64,000 bases of DNA from an uncultured delta proteobacterium (GCA_963712115.1 CAVQGX010000002.1:1-64000); one strand, 5' to 3'. Positions 10,923-20,454 are shown, counted from the first letter of the stretch. Notes: a model not told the origin generated them from the sequence alone. Numbers and translations: made by a program.

Positions 10923-11029
10923 CTCTGTGTCCACTTTTTGGGGTGAACATCCAGGTAACGCAGAGCGCAGTAAGAAAGGATCAAAGCGAATTATTCTTAC
11001 TACGCGCTACGCGGATGAGTTAAGCGACT

Positions 11030-11266
11030 CTACCAACAGATCTTAATAGGCCAACCGCCTAGGACAATAATAATTCAGCCGGGACTTGAATGGGTATAGA
11101 GTATCGTCCCGACATGTTTAACCCCGGCTTCACTTTGATATATTTGTTGTAGTTCCGTTTGGGTTACTGGTGTAGCTGGATCGTTTTTTTCGTCCACTAC
11201 TTCAACAACTACTCCGGTTGCTTTATTCACCTTCATTTTAATCTTTTTTGTGCCACCTTGTGTCAT
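11030..11266 (-). CDS. Candidate 78-aa selenoprotein (in-frame TGA at 11077-11075)
   Basis: Strong RBS GGAGGT. Read-through gives ...HSSPG-U-IIIVLGGWPIKICW*, aligning with the C-LLDCLGGWFINICW* end of the neighbouring protein. Confidence 0.65.
11047..11061 (-). promoter_or_regulatory. Putative bacterial SECIS hairpin
   Basis: UAGGC-GGUUG-GCCUA; loop starts with G, 18 nt after the UGA. Confidence 0.5.
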
Positions 11267-11913
11267 TGTACACCTCCCTAGAGTTTCAAAATTAAATGAG
11301 TGTTAGTGATAGCTTCTCCTTAGTAAGCTAATCCTGCAGGCACCCCCTTTCTTGGTGTTTTGCAATAAATTGATCCAGCTAGCTTGGCCTATGTCCCACC
11401 GATGCTGTAGTAGCGGAGCGAATGGCTCAGCTGGCAGCAGACAGCAGGCAGCGTTGACTTAGCATGGCACATCATTGGTCCGAAATCGGAAAACAGAGTA
11501 AATTTGTACTTAACGTGTGTATTGGGAAAGTGAGGATTTACAGAATCAGTGCCCTGAGTTTGAACGGTTCGCTGACGAGCATAATAGACTAATGATGTGA
11601 TAAACGTCCATAAGATTTTTGCTTAGCGAGAGGGGCGAGATGGTGAGCAAATAGGGGACGTCCGTGAAATATTAACTTTCTTTTTCTTGAAAAGGTAAAC
11701 CCTGGATTCCCCTTCGACTTCGCTCAGGGTGGTGAGCCTGTCGAACCACGGATATCCGCCTCCGACGGATTCCGGAATGACGCGTTCGGCGAAGTGTATG
11801 TAGAGGGAGGTAGGTTTTGAAGGTTTTTAGTTAAAGAGGGACCTTGTACTAAGGAATGATATCCCCCTTCAGCCAGGGGAGGGGAAGCGAGTTTCTGGAC
11901 AGAGTCCTGACAC

Positions 11914-12312
11914 CTAGTTGCGCCAATCTTCGAGCTGAAGTCCCCCTATTCGAGAGAACTCATCCGTGTTGTGCGTCACTAATATTAGATCATAGGTCTT
12001 CGCTATGGCTGCAATAAAGAGATCATTCGCGCCTATTCTCATGCCGATTCTTTCCAGATCAGCCCTGATAGTTGCATACTGATCGGCGCAACGCTCATCA
12101 AACGGCAAACTGACAAATGGCGCACAGAATTCCTTTACCAAAGCAAGATTCTTCGCAACCTGAACGCTTTTCCTTGCACCATACAATAGTTCAGCTATGA
12201 CGATGGAGCAGAGATAAATCTCCGAAGGATCATGTTGCTCAAGCCGTTGTTTGGCTTTTGAGTTTCTATCCCTGAGAATTTCAATGCAAGGGCTAGTGTC
12301 GAGAAGGTACAT
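11914..12312 (-). CDS. vapC: VapC PIN-domain toxin
   Basis: YLLDTS, IAELLYGA, IGANDLFIAAIA, LVTHNTDEFSRI. Confidence 0.92.
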   Translation of the reverse strand: MYLLDTSPCIEILRDRNSKAKQRLEQHDPSEIYLCSIVIAELLYGARKSVQVAKNLALVKEFCAPFVSLPFDERCADQYATIRADLERIGMRIGANDLFIAAIAKTYDLILVTHNTDEFSRIGGLQLEDWRN

Positions 12313-12537
12313 CTAGAACTCCTCTTCAAGTGCCTCTGCTTCCTTTCGGATCAACTCCGGAAACTCGCCTTCCCATTTCCCACATACTCTCTCAAAATAT
12401 CCTTCTGGCCATCCTTGTCCGACTTCGCGTCTTATTACTTCTGCAAGATAACGCGAAACGGTCAAGTTGCGTGCCTTTGCATTCTCTCGCACCTTGGCGG
12501 CGACGTCTTCAGGGACGTAAAGGTGAAGTTGAGGCAT
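12313..12537 (-). CDS. RHH-type antitoxin (VapB-like)
   Basis: MPQLHLYVPEDVAAKVRENAKARNLTVSRYLAEVI; directly upstream of vapC. Confidence 0.8.
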   Translation of the reverse strand: MPQLHLYVPEDVAAKVRENAKARNLTVSRYLAEVIRREVGQGWPEGYFERVCGKWEGEFPELIRKEAEALEEEF

Positions 12538-12619
12538 AGTAAACTCCTTAGTTATTTTGTATGTGTTATATGCACATATAGCAAATATATTAGTCAATGT
12601 CAAAGTAATTCGGCGAGTC

Positions 12620-12980
12620 AAGAGGTCGGGGGAGACGAGCGAGACTGGGCAAAGGTGACGCGGAGAGACGGAGAAACGGGGAGACGGAGATAGAGGTCGG
12701 AGATCAGAGGTCAGAAGTCAGATGACAGATATTTACCAGGCACTATGCACTAAGCACCAAGTCTCAAGGTGTCAGGTTTCAGGTGTCAGGAGGCATAGAG
12801 CATAGGGCATAGAGCATAGAGTTAAAAATCCTAAATTCGAAATTATCTACCTTCTGTCATCAGTCTTCTGATCTCTGACCTCTGACTGCTCAGTTCCTTG
12901 GTGCCTAGTGCTTAGTGCCTAGTGATCAGCTGCCAGCTGTCAGCTGCAATCTGCCTGCTGAAACTCCATGCCCTATGCTC
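12620..12980. repeat. Mosaic of short (7-8 nt) tandem repeats
   Basis: Arrays of GGAGACG, AGAGGTC, GCATAGA, AGGTGTC, GTGCCTA and their complements. Confidence 0.75.
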
Positions 12981-12981
12981 T

Positions 12982-13248
12982 TCAGTAGGCATCTCCTCGG
13001 GGAAGGATTGCGTAGACGTGAATGATCTTTTGATCTTTCTCCGGAGTGAAGAGAACTCTCCAATCACCAACTCTGAGACGATAATCCCCTCGGAGTTTTC
13101 CTATCAACGGTCTCACGTTGGGGTGCATCAAAGGATTTTCGGATTTTTCCAATTCGAGCAGACTTGTCTTGATTCTTTTCCTAGTTTTTTTATCCAGCTT
13201 CAAATAAGATTTTTCAGCCGTAGGCTTTACTTCAATCTTCCAACTCAT
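12982..13248 (-). CDS. relE: RelE/ParE-family toxin
   Basis: YRLRVGDWRVLF, IHVYAILPRGDAY. Confidence 0.88.
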   Translation of the reverse strand: MSWKIEVKPTAEKSYLKLDKKTRKRIKTSLLELEKSENPLMHPNVRPLIGKLRGDYRLRVGDWRVLFTPEKDQKIIHVYAILPRGDAY

Positions 13249-13471
13249 AGAGAGACTTCCCTTTCACTCCCTCGGCTACTTCCGCTTTTCCTCTTTCGAT
13301 GATTTCCACCCATTCTGGGCGGGAAAGAAGGTCCAGGGTCTCTTTGTGCCGTGCGATATATTCGTCTATCAGTTCAGTGATAATATCCTTCATTTCCCTT
13401 TTCTCGAGGCTGGCAATGACTTTAAGAATGTCTCTCTTCTCTTCTGGAATACGAACGGTAGCAGTTGCCAC
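13232..13471 (-). CDS. Antitoxin (RHH-type) for RelE
   Basis: Overlaps the relE start; ATVRIPEEKRDILK..ETLDLLSRPE. Confidence 0.8.
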   Translation of the reverse strand: MATATVRIPEEKRDILKVIASLEKREMKDIITELIDEYIARHKETLDLLSRPEWVEIIERGKAEVAEGVKGKSLYELED

Positions 13472-13491
13472 AATATCACCCCCTTTTCTGT

Positions 13492-13686
13492 TAGCCCGGA
13501 TAATTCATGAATCGGCTGCTCCGACCGCGGATATGGCCGTCCTCTCGGGCGTCCTCGGGTGTCGAACCCTGCGACGTACCGTTCAGGTACGCCTCGGATC
13601 CAATCCCGCGGTACCGCGGGACGGTTGCCCGGTGGCACGCCCATCTTCACGGTCGCGCGACGCAGATTCGGGAATCATCCGAGGTA
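13492..13686 (+). mobile_element. ~190-bp MITE, copy 1
   Basis: TAGCCCGGA...ATCCGAGGTA termini; internal sequence shared with 18504-18687 (inverted) and 25323-25551. Confidence 0.8.
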
Positions 13687-13951
13687 GTAGCATAAGCCAC
13701 TAGGCGCCTAGTGTCAATTGGTGAAATCGTTAAAACTCGTAATTTTAGGTTTCAGGTGTCAGGTGTCAGTGGGCATAGAGCATAGGGCATAGAGCATAGA
13801 GTTAAAAATCCTAAATTCGAAATTCGAATTTCGAAATTCGCAATCATCTGTCCTCTGACCTCCGACCTCTGACTTCTGACCTCTGACTTCTTACTCCATG
13901 CCCCATGCTTACCTTATTTATTGTCATTACCTCACTATGTCCCTACAATGA

Positions 13952-14675
13952 ATGACTATGAATAGTCTACGCGGGATTTGGGTGCTTTCCTTTTACGGTG
14001 TGAGTACCGCACTGCTTAGTTTGGTCTCCCTGCTGATTAGCATCTGGTCCGAAAGGGAGGCTCGGGATTTGGCCCGAGTCTGGGCCAAGGCGAACTTGTG
14101 GGTGGCGGGGATCAAAGTAAAGGTTGAGGGCGAGGAGAACCTGCCTGCCAGAGCCTCGGCAGGGGACGACGAACGGGGTTTCATGATTGCGGCAAATCAC
14201 ACATCGGCAGCGGACATCTTTGCTATTATGGCCGGCCTGCCACTCGATCTCTGTTGGGTTGCCAGGGCGTCTCTTCTTGGAAAGCCCTTCATGGGCTGGC
14301 ATCTGAAGAGGCTTCATATCCCCCTGGCACGGGGGAGTGTAGGTAGCGCCAAAAGGTTCATTAGAAAGGGGAGATCAAAGCTGGATTCAGGTGCTGCGGT
14401 AGTGGTTTTCCCTGAAGGCACTTGGAGAGAAGATCCTGGGCCGATGCTTCCTTTTAAAAAAGGTTCTTTCCTTCTTGCCCGTTCTTCAGAAAGGCCAATC
14501 GTACCATTAGCGATCACTTGGCTCGCAAGAACTCCTGCCACCTGAAACATTGATCCCAAAAAAGGGAACAATTACTCTACGAATCGGCCCTCCAATCGAT
14601 CCAAAACAGTTCTCCAGATTTGAACACTTGGCGGATGAGACCTATCGGGCGATTACGATTCTCTTGGAAGAGTAA
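13952..14675 (+). CDS. plsC: Lysophospholipid (1-acyl-sn-glycerol-3-phosphate) acyltransferase, frameshift near 14519
   Basis: NHTSAAD, FPEGT, PFKKG; continues after the indel as GSQELLPP...LRIGPPID...LEE*. Confidence 0.8.
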
Positions 14676-14957
14676 AAACGGTGGTGCGGGCCTCATGGGA
14701 AGGACCGGGAGACGTTTCACTGTCATTTGCCTTCGGCGTCATTTGGTCATTACGCTGCGCTGTCATTTGTTGTAATAGGTAGGAGTCAGAATCCAGAATT
14801 CAGTTTGTTAATTTCGAAATTCGAAATTCCTAAGCATCTCGAAATCTGGTTCTTACTCCGATGCTCTATGCTCTATGCCCCATGCTGTGTCGTAACTAAT
14901 TGATTTATCTTTTTAAAAAATATTGAACAGTCTCTAATTATAGAGAAAGGTAAAGCT

Positions 14958-15741
14958 ATGTCGGACAAAGGCAATGATCTTCAGAATGAGGATCAAAAAG
15001 AAAAAGTCGATGTGTTGAGCACAGCGTCGGGCTTACCCGGTTTAGCCGGGTACTTTGAGACCTTCCTCCGGCGTTTTCGAAACTTAAGTTTTTCACTTTG
15101 CCTATCACCCATAGTAGTGCTCGGAGGCTTATGCATTGGGGTATCTCTGGTACCTGGCATTTACCTATATCGCTTCGTAGACGGTTGGACTCAAGCATGG
15201 CCTCAGTTTCTCCACATCGTAGCTCTCGGTTGTGGCTTGGCCTTTGCTTTCCTTGCCTATGGTGTCACGATTATATTCCTGGTGCCTTTGGTAAACTTCC
15301 TGATGCCATTCAAGATCAAACCATGGCGAGGAAGCTGGTTTTCAATTCAAACCATCCCGTGGTACATCCACAACGCTCTTACCTATATAGTTAGATATAC
15401 ATTTCTGGACTTTGTCACCCCAACACCACTTGAACGTTCTGTTTTACCGCCTGATGGGAATGAAGATTGGCAAAGGGGTAATCATAAACACCAGCAACAT
15501 TTCCGATCCCTGCCTCATTACCCTGGAAGACTATGTGACCATTGGCGGCTCGGCCACTCTCTTTGCCCACTACGGGCAAAAGGGTTATCTAATCATTAGC
15601 CCGGTTCACATAAAGAAGGGAGCCACCATCGGTCTTAAAGCCAGTATTATGGGGGATGTAGTGATCGGTGAGAATGCCAGTGTCAAGGCTCATTCTGTGG
15701 TGATGCCAAAGTCGCGAATTGAGGACAATGAAACGGTGTAG
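14958..15741 (+). CDS. Membrane protein with C-terminal left-handed beta-helix (acyltransferase-like), frameshift near 15430
   Basis: Two TM segments, then FYRLMGMKIGKGVIINT...ITLEDYVTIGG...hexapeptide repeats. Confidence 0.75.
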
Positions 15742-15867
15742 AGAGCATGGAGCATAGGGCATGGGGCATAGAGTGAGGAGCCAGCCCTTCGACAAGACCT
15801 GTCGGCCAGGAGTTCGACTGAGGCTCACTCGAAGTCCTCAGGTCGAGTCGCTCAGGGCAGGTAGTGA

Positions 15868-16115
15868 GAGTCCAGAATCCAGGAGCAAAGCCATCAAAAT
15901 TGACCTCATCTGAGCTACCGCCCCTTTGAACCGCAGAATGTCGAACAAGGAATTTCGAATATCGAAGTGATCACTTCATCATTCTGCGGTTTCTTGTTCT
16001 GCTGTTCGATATTCAGTACTTTGAACCATATGCCATCTGTCGTCTGCCCCCTGACCTCCGATCTCTGACCTCCGATCTCTGACCTCTGACCTCTGACTTC
16101 TTACTCCATGCCCTT
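15868..16115. repeat. Composite dispersed repeat (inverted copy at ~37890-38100; core again at ~63700-63790)
   Basis: Core gaaccgcagaatgtcgaacaaggaatttcgaatatcgaagtgatcacttc...ctgcggtttcttgttctgctgttcgatattc is shared. Confidence 0.75.
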
Positions 16116-16171
16116 TGCCTTGAGCCTTGTGCCCTGAGCCTTACGCCTCCTAGCTCCTGTCTCCTAACTCC

Positions 16172-18440
16172 TTACTCCTTCGTCGTCATCGTGAAAACGC
16201 CGTCCCAATCTGTTGGTGGGGGAGCTTCCTGATAGATTTGACAGCGTTCTGCCATGATCCGGGAAGGCCCATCTTCGGGAAGGAAAGCCAAGGATCTTTT
16301 GAAAAGATCCAGCGCCTCTTGCCATACCTGTTGCCGGTAAGCCTCGAGCCCGGCGGTAAAGTAATTCAAAGACTCCTCCATTTCCCTGGGCAAGGAGTCC
16401 CCGGAGTTGCCCAAGAAGTTCGTAAATTCGCACGGGCTGCTTCCTGCCCTTTACCCTCACCTGGTCTACTTCTCGCATGAGAAATGAGTCTTCTACGAGC
16501 CGGGCGGTATTCTCTCCAATCAAGATTTCCGTGCCATAAGTCTTGTTGAGTCCCTCCAGCCGGGAGCCGAGGTTCACCTGGTCCCCCAGGGCTCCATAGG
16601 CAAAGCGATATCGAGATCCGAGATTGCCCACCAGCATGGGGCCAGAATTGACTCCAGTTCTGGCTCTCAAGGGAGGGCGGCCCATGGTGGCCCATTCGGA
16701 ACGGAGGGCGCGGAGTCTGTCGCGCATGGCCAGTGCGGCAGAACAGGCCCTTTGGGCATGGTCGGCCTGTTCGAGGGGGGCGCCAAAGATGGCCATGAGC
16801 TCATCGCCCACGTACTCCTTGAGCGTGCCCTGATAGGTGAAAATCTCCTCGGTCATTTTTTCAAAGTATTCACTCAGCATATTAATCATATCATGAGGGG
16901 AGAAGCGCTCCGAATAGCCGGTAAACCCTGCCAGGTCGCTAAAAAGTACAGTGAGGACCTTTTCCTCTCCCCCCAGTTTCAGCCGCTCTGGCTCTTTGAG
17001 CATCTCTTCGATCACTATGGGGGCCACGTAGTGCTTGAAAGCCCCTTTGATCTTTTTGCGCTCTCGCTCCTCTGTCATGTAGTGATACACAGTAAGAGCT
17101 GTATAAGTAATGGCGATAGCCAACAAGGGATAGACAATATTGAGCCAGACATTCGAACTCACAAAAAGCCATTGGGCGATGAAAATGTGCAAAAAGAACA
17201 GCCCGGTGGCAAGGAAGACTCCTTTGAGAGCACTCATCCGGGGGAGGGCGATCCCGGTAATAGCGCCCAGCAAGATGATGGCTATGAGGTCGTAGATCCT
17301 CGACCACTTGGGTTTGGTCAGGAAGTTTTGGGTCAAGATGTTGTCGATTACCGTGGCATGAATCTCAATGCCGGGATAGAGAGGGTTAAAGGGAGTGGCC
17401 CTGAGGTCATGGGTCCCCATGGCAGTAGCCCCAACCAGGACAATCTTGTCTTTGAAGGTACCTTCACTGACCTTGCCGTGGAGAATATCGCTGATGGAAA
17501 TATGGGGAAAAGTCTTGGGTGGGCCGAGGTAGTTTATGAGGAGTTGACCGCTTTCGTCGGTTGGGATGAAGCCCTTACCAATTTGTATTCCTTCCACCCC
17601 ATAGCGAGCAACCCTAACCATGAGTTGTGGTCTATCAAGATAGTTGTAAACGCAAGATAAGGCCAAAGGAGGGAAGATGTCTTCGCCGCACTGGATTATG
17701 AGTGGCATCCATCTAACTACACCGTCCGGGTCAGCCGCAACACTGAAGAAACCCGAGGCATCGGTTGATTTGCTAAAGATTTCGAGATTGCTCTCAGGGG
17801 CATAAGCTTTAATAAATGGCAGAGGTTGCATGTCAGGATCTTCATAGATGATGAAGGGGTATTTAGAAGAGCTGATGCGCTGGAGTTGTCGGTTTATTTC
17901 CCCCTGCTCAATCCGGTAATCAAGGTCGGCCTCGCGCATGTGGAAGAAATAGCCGAGAACTACCGTGGCGGAGGAATTTCTAATAGCCTCTGCAAGGGCC
18001 AGATCATTGTCGGCATTTTTTCTGCTCTCAATTATGAAGTCGGCCAATTTGTTGTTTTTGATATCCAGATTATTTACTTGCTTGCCAAACTTATCGATAA
18101 ACCCTAGCTCTGAGTTCTCATCCGGCTCCAGAAAACCTATATCGAAACCGATCACCTTGGCCCCGTCTCTGGAGAGGATGCCCACCAGGGTAGCCAGTTT
18201 AGATCTGGGCCAGGGCCAGCGCCCTTCCGTATCGAGGCTCTTTTCATCTATGAGCGCCATAACGACCGCGTCCGCAGGTTGTATCTGGCCCCGTGAGAGG
18301 AAGCGGAGATCGTAGGTTTTCAACTCGATCAGGTCGAGGATGGGGGTACCCATTAGAAAGAAAATCACCACCAGGAGGATGGTACAGATTGTGAGGGAGG
18401 CGGGATTTACCGAGAAGAAGGATTTAAGGGAAAACCTCAT
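16172..18440 (-). CDS. CHASE2 + 3TM + class III nucleotidyl cyclase + TPR-like tail; probable guanylate cyclase (frameshift near 16410)
   Basis: CHASE2 (IDEKSL..GRWPWPRS, DPDGVVR, PGIEIHATVIDNIL); cyclase FSDLAGFT, KEYVGD, YGALGDQVNLGSRLEG; tail ...PPPTDWDGVFTMTTKE. Confidence 0.9.
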
Positions 18441-18503
18441 CGGTTATGTTCCATTGTGGAGGGAAGTAGCATTTAGCTTTGTAGCGTGCTGCGAAAAGGA
18501 GGC

Positions 18504-18687
18504 AAGCCCGGATGTTTCATGAATTGGTGTCACGAGACCACGAAGATGGGCGTGCCACCGGGCAACCGGAGGGTGTTGGTCCCGAGGCGTACCTGAATGG
18601 TACGTCGCAGGGGCCGACACCCGAGGACGCACGGAAGGACGGCCATATCTGTGGTCGTAGTAAGCGATTCATGGAACATCCGGGCTA
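18504..18687 (-). mobile_element. ~185-bp MITE, copy 2
   Basis: AGCCCGGATGTT...AACATCCGGGCTA terminal IRs; its end supplies the TAG of the kinase gene. Confidence 0.8.
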
Positions 18688-20454
18688 AACTTTGTCCACC
18701 GTAGTAACTTTGAGTTCGGCCCCTATCTGTTTGACTTCACGATTGAACTCTTCTATCAGTTTATTTAAAACCAGTTGTTGTTCATCCTCATAGAACAAGA
18801 ATAGATTCATCATCTTCCGCCGTTTATCCGTCTGCGGTCGCCTCTCCACCCCCAACTTGTCAGCGATGGGTTGAAGGTCACGGATGATTTCCCACACGGA
18901 TTTGAATCGAGCCGACGGATCTTTCTGGGTAGCACGCTTGATGAAATAATTTAGTTCGTAAGGCAAATCGGGAACCAGGGCTCGGGGGTCCGGGACATCC
19001 TCTTTGAGATGCAATTCCAACAGTTTCGCAGGATCTTCCTCCAGGTACGGCCTTTGGCCAGTGAGCATCTCATAAGCCATAATACCAAACGAATAGATAT
19101 CAGTCCGTTCGTCCACAGTTTCGCCTTCAATTTGTTCCGGAGACATATAATAGATGGTTCCCGGCATGGAACAATCTATGGTTCCCGGTGGGCAGGACAG
19201 GCCAAAGTCAACAATCTTTGTTCGACCATCTAATTGGATGAAGATGTTAGCCGGCTTGATGTCCTGATGAACTATACCCTGATCATGGGCATAACTTAAG
19301 CCGGTACAGACCTGAAGGAGAATGTCCAATGCCTTGGGTACCGTGAGCTTTGGCATTCTATACAAAATATAATCGAGGGGTAACCCTTCGAGGTATTCCA
19401 TGATGATGAAAATTGTCCTGAAAAGCTCTTCGATATCATACACTCTCACAATGTTATCGTGATTTAGCAAGGCAACGGTCTTGGCTTCGTTGTGAAATTT
19501 CTCAGCAAAATCTTTATTCATAGCCATGTCATGCTTTAACATCTTGATGGCCACCGGCATATTCAAGCTTTTGTGCACGCCTTTGTAAACAATACTCCAA
19601 CCACCACGGCCTATGATCTCACTTATGAGGTATTTTCCAACGGTTTTATTTGCCGTAACTTTTTCGGTTGAGAACCGACGAGTCACAAGTTCCGTTAGAA
19701 AGTCCAGCAGATCTGGGTAATCAGTGCAGAGTGAATCAAACTGTTCTCTGGTCAAACTCCAGAGAACCATGTCAGTTTCGGCATCAACGTTTGCGGTTCT
19801 AGGTTCACCTGTCAAAAGGGCAATCTCTCCTACTATATCGCCGCTGCGAAGACGGGAAATTGCGTGTTTGGTTCCATTTTTCTCTACATTGACCACACAT
19901 GAGCCTTCCTGAATTATGTAGAAGGTATGCCCTTCATCTCCTTGGGCAATGAATCTTTCTCCGGTCTTCACGTGGATTGGAGTCATACGATCCAAAAGAG
20001 GACATTTCGCCTCCAAAGGAATGGCATCAAAGAGAGGTGAAGCTATAAGGAATTCCAAGTCACCCGGGTACATCCTTCTTTTTCCTGGATCTACCTCAGG
20101 TCTCGTCCGCTCTGCAGAGAGAGCAACTTCCAGAAACTCCACCCCCAAGAGGTAGAAGCCGGATTTAATCGGGGACGGTTCTGTCCACACAACTCTGCCG
20201 TGGACTGCTTGCCAATCTTTCCCCTCGGGAGTTCTGGTCCAGAAGTCGACTTCAGTATTAATCTCCAATCTCTGAAGAGATTCGAGAAGAAATCCCCCCT
20301 CACTTACATTGAGGAGGTAAACCAGCAAAGTGTCTTTGCCTTCTTCCGATAACTGTTCACGTTGTTGTTCGGTGTAATGTGGATGAACGATGCCGACCTC
20401 TGGTGTGGGCAAAGTCTGTCTGCGATGCCGTCTGCGCTCTTTTCCTATGTTCAT
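18685..20454 (-). CDS. PilZ + cyclic-nucleotide-binding + Hanks-type Ser/Thr kinase
   Basis: RRRHRR...NVSEGG (PilZ); QGDEGHTFYIIQEG...GEIALLTGEPRTANV (CNB); GRGGWSIVY, VAIK, HQDIKPAN, DFG, YMSPE (kinase). RBS GAGGA before ATG 20454. Confidence 0.92.
   Translation of the reverse strand: MNIGKERRRHRRQTLPTPEVGIVHPHYTEQQREQLSEEGKDTLLVYLLNVSEGGFLLESLQRLEINTEVDFWTRTPEGKDWQAVHGRVVWTEPSPIKSGFYLLGVEFLEVALSAERTRPEVDPGKRRMYPGDLEFLIASPLFDAIPLEAKCPLLDRMTPIHVKTGERFIAQGDEGHTFYIIQEGSCVVNVEKNGTKHAISRLRSGDIVGEIALLTGEPRTANVDAETDMVLWSLTREQFDSLCTDYPDLLDFLTELVTRRFSTEKVTANKTVGKYLISEIIGRGGWSIVYKGVHKSLNMPVAIKMLKHDMAMNKDFAEKFHNEAKTVALLNHDNIVRVYDIEELFRTIFIIMEYLEGLPLDYILYRMPKLTVPKALDILLQVCTGLSYAHDQGIVHQDIKPANIFIQLDGRTKIVDFGLSCPPGTIDCSMPGTIYYMSPEQIEGETVDERTDIYSFGIMAYEMLTGQRPYLEEDPAKLLELHLKEDVPDPRALVPDLPYELNYFIKRATQKDPSARFKSVWEIIRDLQPIADKLGVERRPQTDKRRKMMNLFLFYEDEQQLVLNKLIEEFNREVKQIGAELKVTTVDKV

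Larger units (their letters stand above)
9692..10953 (+). mobile_element. IS3-family insertion sequence
   Basis: 27-bp imperfect terminal IRs (gggatctttaccccttttagtggacac / gtgtccactttttggggtgaacatcca), orfA and orfB, A7G frameshift motif at 10023-10030. Confidence 0.92.

Noticed and set aside
11360-11382. Possible sigma-54 promoter for the candidate selenoprotein (TGGATCAATTTATTGCA, minus strand)
   Set aside because: GG-GC spacing is 11 nt, not the required 10.
13299-13703. ORFs overlapping MITE copies (also 18444-18632 and 25215-25639)
   Set aside because: Open frames come from the GC-rich repeat; there is no RBS or protein motif.
12620-13910. Repeat arrays considered as a possible CRISPR
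   Set aside because: Units are 7-8 nt tandem with no unique spacers, and there are no cas genes in the window.
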